DNA of 14,785 nucleotides from Candidatus Thorarchaeota archaeon (GTDB taxonomy: Archaea; Asgardarchaeota; Thorarchaeia; Thorarchaeales; Thorarchaeaceae): contig PRDI01000106.1 of the NCBI GenBank assembly GCA_003345595.1, positions 1 through 14,785 on the forward strand, given 5' to 3'. How positions within the stretch are numbered: position 1 is the stretch's first letter; each line of letters begins with the position of its first letter. Position numbers and translations under genes: made by a program. This document shows positions 8,365 to 14,785 of the stretch, piece by piece. Under the pieces are notes generated by a model. It saw only the letters and a list, made by a program, of their open reading frames with translations. It did not search any database and was not told the origin of the DNA.

Positions 8365-8533
8365 GTCGGGAGCCTTACTCCTTAATCGGACACAGGCGCA
8401 TTGACGTCGTGTCAGGGGTGATAACAGATGGCTAAGAATGCAGTAGACCTTGCTGGATATCCTTCTTCTTGTGTCTGGCGGGTCGACCTTGCTGACGCGT
8501 CGTTGACGCATCAGTTGCACTGCATCAGGAGTT
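8365..8533 (+). promoter_or_regulatory. Candidate structured leader of the rpl11 operon
   Basis: Several complementary arms read by eye (ATGCAGT/ACTGCAT, GCGTC/GACGC, GCCT/AGGC). Confidence 0.4.
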
Positions 8534-8550
8534 GTGATTCATTTGAGTGA
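8428..8550 (+). CDS. Putative 40-aa leader uORF overlapping the rpl11 start
   Basis: Strong SD GGGGTGA then ATG; MAKNAVDLAGYPSSCVWRVDLADASLTHQLHCIRSCDSFE*; no recognised homology. Confidence 0.3.
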   Translation: MAKNAVDLAGYPSSCVWRVDLADASLTHQLHCIRSCDSFE

Positions 8551-9046
8551 ACAGAAGACCAAAGTGTCCACCATGGTCGAGGGCGGCAAGGCCTCGGGAG
8601 GACCACCAATCGGACCAGCCCTAGGACCGACCGGTGTGAACGTGTTTCAGGTAGTACAGAAGATCAATGAAGTCACACAGCCCTTTGCAGGACTGAAGGT
8701 TCCTGTGACAATAATCGTTGACACAGTCACCAAATCATTTGAGGTGCAGGTGGGTGTCCCACCAACTAGCGCACTGATCCTCAAGGAAATAGGCGCCCCA
8801 AAGGGGTCTGCGACACCGAAGACTCAGATTGTGGGCAATCTTTCGATTGACCAGATCAAGTCCATTGCCAAGGCAAAGGCCGCAGACTTGACTGCGTTGA
8901 CAATGAAGTCGGCTGCAATGATAATCACGGGCACGTGCGTATCGATGGGTGTGACCATCGAGGGCAAACCCGCCAAGGAGTTCCAACAAGAAATCAGAGA
9001 TGGCAAGTGGGACAACCAGCTCAACGTCCCCTTCAGGGAGGCGTGA
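8534..9046 (+). CDS. rpl11: 50S ribosomal protein L11 (uL11); start GTG 8534 or TTG 8543
   Basis: VEGGKASGGPPIGPALGPTGVN, VGVPPTSALI, GTCVSMGV. Confidence 0.98.
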   Translation: MIHLSEQKTKVSTMVEGGKASGGPPIGPALGPTGVNVFQVVQKINEVTQPFAGLKVPVTIIVDTVTKSFEVQVGVPPTSALILKEIGAPKGSATPKTQIVGNLSIDQIKSIAKAKAADLTALTMKSAAMIITGTCVSMGVTIEGKPAKEFQQEIRDGKWDNQLNVPFREA

Positions 9047-9049
9047 GAG

Positions 9050-9706
9050 ATGCCATTCAGCACTGAAAGAATCGAAGCAGCCGTAGCTGAGGCTAGAGCT
9101 AAGGGCATGGAGAAGGGTGTCAAGTTCGAGCAAAGCTTTGACATTGCAGTGAACTTCAGGAGAAAGGAGATGGACACCTCAAAGCCCGAGAACAGGTTGA
9201 ATCAGGAGGTAACGATACCTTATGCTCTGTATCCCCCTGCCAAGGTCTGTGCATTTGGCGATGGCGAGTTTGCAGAAAAGGCCAACGCTGCAGGTGCCGA
9301 GCGAGTAGTCCCAAAGGATGAAATCCCAAAGATGGGTGAGGCAAAGGCCACTAAGAGATCCTTGGCCAAGACATATGATTTCTTCATCGCATCGACTGAC
9401 ACGATGCCGCTAGTGGGCCGCTATCTCGGTCAAGCCTTGGGTACAAGGGGTAAGATGCCGAAACCATACCCTCCTCAGGCAGACCTCAAGGCGGTAGTCG
9501 GCCAGTATCGTCGGACTGTGCGAGTGAGGATGAAGAACACCCCCACCTTCCACGTGAAGGTCGGTCACGTCAAGATGGGTGATAAAGAGATAGCAGAAAA
9601 CATAGCCGCTGTGCTCCGCTTCGTCGAGAGCAAAGGGCATGCGGGCAAGGTGAGCAGCGTGATTGTCAAAACAACAATGGGCCCACCCGTCCAGATAGGC
9701 GAGTAA
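9050..9706 (+). CDS. rpl1: 50S ribosomal protein L1 (uL1)
   Basis: FEQSFDIAVNF, MPLVGRYLGQALGTRGKMP, VKTTMGPP. Confidence 0.98.
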   Translation: MPFSTERIEAAVAEARAKGMEKGVKFEQSFDIAVNFRRKEMDTSKPENRLNQEVTIPYALYPPAKVCAFGDGEFAEKANAAGAERVVPKDEIPKMGEAKATKRSLAKTYDFFIASTDTMPLVGRYLGQALGTRGKMPKPYPPQADLKAVVGQYRRTVRVRMKNTPTFHVKVGHVKMGDKEIAENIAAVLRFVESKGHAGKVSSVIVKTTMGPPVQIGE

Positions 9707-9719
9707 GGAGTTGAAGCCG

Positions 9720-10736
9720 ATGGCAGCATCCGAGCATGTCGTACCGCAATGGAAGAGGGACGAGGTTGATCATCTGATTTCGATGATCAAGAAGAGCAAG
9801 ATGGTAGGTCTTGTTGACGTAGGTGGTGTTGGAGCCAAGCAGTTACAAGGTATCAGGGACAGCCTGCGAGGCTCTGCCGTCTTGCGGATGGCTCGCAACA
9901 CTCTTATGATCAGGGCAATAGAGAACTCAAAGGTCAAGGGCATTGATGATCTTTCAGGACATGTCATTGGACCTGTTGCGCTGATTTTCAGCGACCAGGA
10001 CCCATTCTCACTCAGCAAGTTCCTACGCGAGAACAAGACAAAGGCCCCGGCCAAGGGAGGGCAGGTGGCACCAAATGACATCGTAGTTCCCGCAATGAAT
10101 ACTGGCGTGGCACCGGGACCCTTCATCAGCGAGCTAGCGGCATTGAAGATCCCTGCCCGTGTGAAGACAGGTGTTATACACATTACGGATGACACGGTCG
10201 TAGCTAAGACAGGAGAGGTCATATCAAATGCATTAGCGCAGATGCTTGGGAGACTTGGTATTGAGCCAATGGAACTCCAGCTGAAGCTCGTGGCGGTATA
10301 CACGGACGGCGCAGTGTTCACTTCCGACGCGTTTGAGGTCGACTTGAAGGGACTGCTTGAGGAAGTCGTCCTAGGGCATCAGCTCGCCGTGAACCTGTCA
10401 GTCAATATCTGCTATCCGACAGCAGACACGATTGCGATGATAATCACGAGGGCGGACCTGGACGCCAAGACCTTGGCCATCAATGTCGGGTTTTTTGTGC
10501 CAGAGATGGTGAGACAGTTCTTGGTAAAGGCAGACTCAGAGGCTCTTGCTCTGGCTGCTGTGCTCTCAGGAAGGAACCCGGAAGCGGTGTCACCAGAGAT
10601 TCTGGCTAGATTCCGGACTCCTGTGGCAGTTGCAGCGACCGCACCTGCTGTCAGCGCCTCCAAGAAGAAGAAACCTGAGAAGGAGGAGGAGAAGAAGGAG
10701 GAAGGAGCACCGAGCATTGGAAGTCTGTTTGGATGA
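9720..10736 (+). CDS. rpl10: 50S ribosomal protein L10/P0 (uL10)
   Basis: PQWKRDEV, QLQGIRDSLRG, RNTL, APAKGGQVAPNDIVVPAMNTG..PGP, C-terminal GSLFG; SD TAAGGAG favours ATG 9720. Confidence 0.97.
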   Translation: MAASEHVVPQWKRDEVDHLISMIKKSKMVGLVDVGGVGAKQLQGIRDSLRGSAVLRMARNTLMIRAIENSKVKGIDDLSGHVIGPVALIFSDQDPFSLSKFLRENKTKAPAKGGQVAPNDIVVPAMNTGVAPGPFISELAALKIPARVKTGVIHITDDTVVAKTGEVISNALAQMLGRLGIEPMELQLKLVAVYTDGAVFTSDAFEVDLKGLLEEVVLGHQLAVNLSVNICYPTADTIAMIITRADLDAKTLAINVGFFVPEMVRQFLVKADSEALALAAVLSGRNPEAVSPEILARFRTPVAVAATAPAVSASKKKKPEKEEEKKEEGAPSIGSLFG

Positions 10737-10759
10737 GTGAAAAACCGAGGTAATGAAAC

Positions 10760-11071
10760 ATGGAATATGTATACTCTGCACTACTGCTCCACAAAGCAGG
10801 CCAAGCAATCAATGAGAAAAACATGGATGCTGTTCTCACCGCCGCAGGTGTGAAGGCCGACAAGAACAGAGTCAAGGCTCTGCTTGCAGCTCTTGAGGGT
10901 GTGAACATTGATGAGGCTCTGAAGAGCGTCGCCATGCCTGTGGCAGCCGCAAGTGCCGCTGCACCAGCAGCCGCTGCGGGAGCTCCTGCTGCTGCGGAGA
11001 AGAAGGAAGAGAAGAAAGAAGAGAAGAAAGAGGAAGAGTTCACTGCAGGCCTGGGGAGTCTCTTTGGCTAA
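10760..11071 (+). CDS. rpl12: 50S ribosomal stalk protein L12/P1 (aP1)
   Basis: [11 protein letters not shown], Ala-rich hinge, [15 protein letters not shown]; SD GAGGT. Confidence 0.98.
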   Translation: MEYVYSALLLHKAGQAINEKNMDAVLTAAGVKADKNRVKALLAALEGVNIDEALKSVAMPVAAASAAAPAAAAGAPAAAEKKEEKKEEKKEEEFTAGLGSLFG

Positions 11072-11112
11072 GAGTGATCTCCGTATCCTCGCATTCCCTC
11101 TAGTGTCATCTG

Positions 11113-11160
11113 GGACAGGCAGGTCGCGAGCCTGTCTGTCCAAGTCTGTCTTTTACGTTT
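11113..11160 (+). terminator. Putative terminator after the ribosomal operon
   Basis: GACAGGC/GCCTGTC stem (11114-11136) followed by TCTTTTACGTTT. Confidence 0.45.
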
Positions 11161-11269
11161 CTCACATTGGTGTGTTCAGACACAAACGACCGTCAGGGCT
11201 GAGCATCTCACGCACCATGAAGACTACCTAGACGCATAGGTTCCAGATGTATTCAGGAGATGGCAATCC

Positions 11270-12052
11270 ATGAAGATAGTGTTCCATCCTCGCATGAGAG
11301 AGTCTTACGATAGTACGCCTGCTGGAGCACCTGGACGACTCAACACGGCAATCGCGTCATTCCAGAACAACCCTGACTACCAACTGATTATGCCAGACTA
11401 TGCGCCTGAGGAGGATCTCCTTCGTGCACATGAACAATGCGTATTGGAGAGAGCGAAGGCGGAGGATTCCTCATCGACCACCAAACACGTCTACGAGATG
11501 GCTGCACTAGCGGTGGGAGGCGCCATTCTCACGGCCAAACTCGCTGCAATGGGGGAACCGGCGTTTGGGTTGATTCGACCGCCAGGACACCATGCCTCTG
11601 CCAGAAGCTACTGGGGATTCTGCTATTTCAATAACATGGCTGTAGCCCTTCTGCATCTCCGCTCGAAACACCTCATCAAGTCCGCATTCATACTGGACTT
11701 CGACCTACATGTGGGAGATGGCACCATCGATATACTTGGTCGCGATAAGGACTTCCATATCTACAATCCACATGCACATGGAGATAGTAGCTACTTAGCA
11801 GACGTCAAGAATGCACTGGACGGCTGCCCCAGTGTGGACATGATAGCCGCATCGGCGGGATTCGACGAGTACGAACATTGTTGGGGACATAACCTCTCCA
11901 CGGAGGCATTCCGAAAGATAGGCCAGCTGATGAACGATTTCGCACAGAGTCAGTGTGATGGACGACGTTTCGGACTGCTTGAAGGAGGATACAACCATCA
12001 GGACCTAGGAAAGAATGTGTTGGCTTTCTGTGAGGGGCTACAGGGCAGGTAG
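11270..12052 (+). CDS. Histone deacetylase-family (Zn-dependent lysine/polyamine deacetylase-like) protein
   Basis: RPPGHHA, GFCYFNN, DFDLHVGDGT, AGFD, EGGY; SD AGGAG. Confidence 0.93.
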   Translation: MKIVFHPRMRESYDSTPAGAPGRLNTAIASFQNNPDYQLIMPDYAPEEDLLRAHEQCVLERAKAEDSSSTTKHVYEMAALAVGGAILTAKLAAMGEPAFGLIRPPGHHASARSYWGFCYFNNMAVALLHLRSKHLIKSAFILDFDLHVGDGTIDILGRDKDFHIYNPHAHGDSSYLADVKNALDGCPSVDMIAASAGFDEYEHCWGHNLSTEAFRKIGQLMNDFAQSQCDGRRFGLLEGGYNHQDLGKNVLAFCEGLQGR

Positions 12053-12113
12053 GCGGCGATTCGCCATTCAGGAGTTTATATTGAATGCAGACGACAGGCT
12101 GCTGGGATGACCG

Positions 12114-12365
12114 ATGCGATTCCTCCAGATTCTTAGTCCACTGACCAACTTCATACAGATGATTGCAGTCTATCTTGCTGAGATCTGGGATTTCCTGATC
12201 TTCATCGGCACAGCCTCGTCTGCGATTGTCGTGCTCGCAGGGGCGATACTCTGGCACACTGATGTGAATCAGACCAAAGGGAAGGCTCTCGTGCTCAGCG
12301 GCATAGTCCTCGCAGTCGTCATAGAGTACTTTGTCATCTTCCCACCGGACTTTGTTCTGAGCTAG
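12114..12365 (+). CDS. Small hydrophobic membrane protein, function unknown
   Basis: 83 aa with two hydrophobic helices joined by TDVNQTKGK; TATA-like TTTATATT at 12075-12082 upstream. Confidence 0.75.
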   Translation: MRFLQILSPLTNFIQMIAVYLAEIWDFLIFIGTASSAIVVLAGAILWHTDVNQTKGKALVLSGIVLAVVIEYFVIFPPDFVLS

Positions 12366-12485
12366 GTGCTCGGCCGAATCAGTCCAAGTGAGAGACTCCT
12401 TTGTTTCCCGCTTTGCACCGAAGTGTCTATAAGACGAGCCTCTCGCGAGTGTTTTTGCACCCTTCTTGTAAGAGGGGTCATGAGT

Positions 12486-12593
12486 GGGCCCGTTGCCCAG
12501 CCAGGACAGGGCGCTAGCCCTCTAGAGGTCATGCCAAATCGCAGGCCTGATAAAAGCTAGATGTCGCGCGTTCAAATCGCGCCGGGCCCGCCA
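12486..12593 (+). tRNA. tRNA-Arg(UCU) with 30-nt intron at 37/38 (12525-12554) and encoded CCA
   Basis: Acceptor GGGCCCG/CGGGCCC, discriminator G73, CCA; D arm GCCC/GGGC with A20; anticodon stem CTAGC/GCTAG; T arm GCGCG-TTCAAAT-CGCGC; intron helix AGGTC/GGCCT. Confidence 0.88.
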
Positions 12594-12660
12594 AAGCCTT
12601 CTCAATGCTCCATTTGCCGTTCGCTGCCCCAAGAATTGACTGATGTCGAAAGAAACGGTC

Positions 12661-14379
12661 CTATTCGAAAGACACGCATCTCTTGAGCCAGTCTGGCAGC
12701 ACCATAGAGAGACGTTCCTCGACTTGGCTCGTATTGTTCCATGGACCTGCACTCTTCATCCTTGCGGCTCTCTTGGCCCCAATTCCTGGAATGACTCTCC
12801 ACTGCGATAGGCTGGCGTGGTTGGCCAAGAATGGAAAAGGAAGAACGGTCAGTGATCTTGGGCCGTGATCCACAACGAACACGTTGCACGGAGATGGAAT
12901 GTTCTGACCCATAGGCATATGGCAAAGCAGAGGGTATGTACCGAGTTGACGCATCAGGTACAGGTTTCCTTCGCGCCCCTCGACGTATGTTGAACGGACC
13001 ACCGTTCCGTATGGGGCTACCCTCTTGATCATCACTTGGTCGATCTGTTGCCTGATTTCTTCCTTGTGTTGGATGAACTCGTTATGTTTCAGTCTGCCTT
13101 TTTCATCCGTGACTATCCGGGTATCCGGGAACCTGATGACCTGTCTTATGTTGATTCGCCTGACAATCAGTCCTTGGTCCAGCACTTCCTTCAGGAAGTC
13201 CATGTTGTACTGCATGGTCCTTTGGCTTTCGCCCGGCAGGCCATACAGAAGATTGATTCCCGGGAGCAGGTGTGGCAACTCCCATGGCGGCCTCTGACCT
13301 CCCACTTCGTTTAGGATTCTTATTGCTATCATGGCCTCTTCCGCGGTCACCTTGAGGTTGTTGCGTTTCTTTACCTCGGGATCTAGTGACTCTAGTCCAA
13401 ATGCGGCCACATCGCCCAGAGTGTGGTGCTTCATGATTGCACGGGTGACATCTTTGCTCTCTTCTGGATGCCTTGCAATTGTGCCCGGGTTGACATTGTC
13501 TATGTGAAGAACCTCAAGGTCTGGCGCAGCCATACGTATCTTGGAGAAGAGTAACTCGATGACATGTGGGGCAGGTGTGGGAAACTCGGTTTCCCCCATC
13601 TCCTTTGATCCATAAGTGAATAAGTCGGCCTGTCGTCCAATGCGGAAGGCCCTGACTCCGTGCTCATAGAGCGCCCCGACTTCTTTCGCTATGCCATCGG
13701 GCTCCCGTTGTGCAGGAGGACCATAGAGGGGTTCAACACAGAAGGAACAACCACCAGTGACGTATCGAGGACAGCCTCGATAGGTTTCGATTTCACATAT
13801 CATGTGCTTTTCTGAATGACCAGGATGCTGATTGACTATGGCACTCCCTCTGAGCGCATACTCTTCGACTTCCTGAGGCCCTGTCCTGACCTGATTGAGA
13901 TCAACGGACGAGAAGTCCCAGCCGTCTTGGGCGAGACCTGCAATCACTACTTCTGCATCCCCCCGAACGATGTAGTCGAAAGGTGGGGAGAGAACGTCCG
14001 AACTCAGTGCAAGCCTGCCCCCCGCAAGCCCACATCCGAAACGTGCCCATGGACCGACTAGGAGCTTTGGTGTGTCAACAAGAGCTTTGGTCGAGAAGAA
14101 CTGCTTGGCCTCCCTAACAGAGATTGGGGTGCCGCCCAGATACTTACCTGGCACGATCATGCCCGCAATGAGGATCAGTACCTGCGCACGCATCCAGACA
14201 GACCGGAGAGCTTCAACGTCGGCTCTGACTTGGTCGATAGTTTCGTAGATTACATCGGCGTGAGAATCGTGTGTCCAAATGGCTCCAGCGATGTATCGAG
14301 GATATGGGCTGACATAAGGCGGGACCCCGAGGCAAGTCGGTTCATCGACATATCCATCTACAATGACAACGCGAGTCAG
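12661..14379 (-). CDS. Archaeal radical SAM protein with C-terminal helix-hairpin-helix (COG1031-like); true start extended to CTG 14379
   Basis: Family N-terminus IVDGYVDEPTCLGVPPYVSPYPRYIAGA lies upstream of the track's ATG; IETYRGCPRYVTGGCSFC, LHIDNVNPG, GINLLYGLPGE, RRINIRQV, IPGIGAKRA HhH. Confidence 0.9.
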   Translation of the reverse strand: MTRVVIVDGYVDEPTCLGVPPYVSPYPRYIAGAIWTHDSHADVIYETIDQVRADVEALRSVWMRAQVLILIAGMIVPGKYLGGTPISVREAKQFFSTKALVDTPKLLVGPWARFGCGLAGGRLALSSDVLSPPFDYIVRGDAEVVIAGLAQDGWDFSSVDLNQVRTGPQEVEEYALRGSAIVNQHPGHSEKHMICEIETYRGCPRYVTGGCSFCVEPLYGPPAQREPDGIAKEVGALYEHGVRAFRIGRQADLFTYGSKEMGETEFPTPAPHVIELLFSKIRMAAPDLEVLHIDNVNPGTIARHPEESKDVTRAIMKHHTLGDVAAFGLESLDPEVKKRNNLKVTAEEAMIAIRILNEVGGQRPPWELPHLLPGINLLYGLPGESQRTMQYNMDFLKEVLDQGLIVRRINIRQVIRFPDTRIVTDEKGRLKHNEFIQHKEEIRQQIDQVMIKRVAPYGTVVRSTYVEGREGNLYLMRQLGTYPLLCHMPMGQNIPSPCNVFVVDHGPRSLTVLPFPFLANHASLSQWRVIPGIGAKRAARMKSAGPWNNTSQVEERLSMVLPDWLKRCVSFE

Positions 14380-14785
14380 CTAACTCCACTCCCTGAAGTC
14401 ATCATAGCCTACAGGGGGTATGACGACAGGTCCCTCAGGACTCTCCCACAGGACGCCATTGCCATCATGTGTGTGGCCAATGGGAATCAGCTCGGCATGG
14501 TTCTGTCGGGCTATTGACATGGCTTTGTCCCACTTATCTGCAGGAACTGTGAGAACGAGCGAGAACTCCTCACCTCCTTTCGCCACGACATCGAGGAGAT
14601 TGAAACCGTGTGATTCTGCAAACTCGGCAACACCTTCTGCCACAGGAAGATTGTCAATAATGAATGCGAGATTGCTCAGCGACGCTATCGTGTTAAGTGT
14701 GATTGCCAGACCATCGCTACTGTCCATGGTTGCTGTGACAGCCTTTGCCTGAGCGAGCGCTGGAACAAGGCGCAGGTTGATCTCC
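14380..14785 (-). CDS. thiL: Thiamine-monophosphate kinase, C-terminal part (5'-truncated by the window edge)
   Basis: MDSSDGL, GGEEFSLVLTV, terminal GYDDF motifs; frame open to the window end. Confidence 0.9.
   Translation of the reverse strand, partial: EINLRLVPALAQAKAVTATMDSSDGLAITLNTIASLSNLAFIIDNLPVAEGVAEFAESHGFNLLDVVAKGGEEFSLVLTVPADKWDKAMSIARQNHAELIPIGHTHDGNGVLWESPEGPVVIPPVGYDDFREWS

Noticed and set aside
8418-8495. Possible box C/D sRNA (GTGATAA...CTGA)
   Set aside because: Box C is imperfect and coincides with the SD, no convincing C'/D' pair, and spacing is long
10660-11071. GAA/AAG-rich repeats and the shared GSLFG ending in rpl10 and rpl12
   Set aside because: Normal low-complexity hinge and conserved factor-binding tail of archaeal stalk proteins
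11101-11200. Hairpins after rpl12 as a SECIS element
   Set aside because: No gene in the window has an internal in-frame TGA, and no SECIS core was recognised; a terminator is the simpler reading
11215-11290. CCATGAAGA repeated before and at the deacetylase start, with a mini-ORF MKTT*
   Set aside because: Only 9 nt and no SD on the first copy; could be chance
12519-12555. Reading the tRNA as an amber suppressor or tRNA-Pyl (CU-CUA-AA can be spelled by shifting one base and keeping more intron As), tempting given the in-frame UAG at the thiL junction
   Set aside because: It needs an 8-nt loop or a mismatched sixth pair; the body has Arg identity (A20, G73) and normal arms unlike tRNA-Pyl; TAG terminates many core genes here at their expected ends
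12486-12660. tRNA as an integration site for a mobile element
   Set aside because: No integrase, no duplicated tRNA 3' end, and flanking genes look like housekeeping genes
144-14752. Numerous antisense and alternate-frame ORFs in the track (e.g. 6512-7129, 9770-10321, 4528-5022)
   Set aside because: They lie over well-recognised genes, show no motifs, and are typical shadow ORFs

Overview
Archaeal core-genome window of moderate GC. Gene content and protein style suggest an Asgard/Thorarchaeia-like or other TACK-related lineage; this is an impression, not verified. Most of it is a + strand translation/secretion/transcription superoperon: yhbY-like, rps19e, PDCD5, rpl39e, rpl31e, aIF6, rplX(L18a), prefoldin alpha, ftsY, argF, PfkB kinase, ftsZ, secE, spt5, rpl11, rpl1, rpl10(P0), rpl12(P1). 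It is followed by a compact histone-deacetylase-family gene, a small membrane protein and an intron-containing tRNA-Arg(UCU). Converging on the - strand are a radical SAM/HhH protein and the 3' part of thiL. No mobile element, CRISPR array or defence island is visible. Most unusual signals: (1) a C2HC zinc finger inserted in the NGN domain of Spt5, plus an acidic aromatic-ended tail; (2) a ~255-nt structured spacer before rpl11 with an L1-site-like element, a three-way junction and an SD-led 40-codon uORF overlapping the rpl11 start; (3) a tRNA-Arg with C33 and a degenerate BHB splice motif; (4) a radical SAM gene that must start at CTG directly after the in-frame TAG of thiL.
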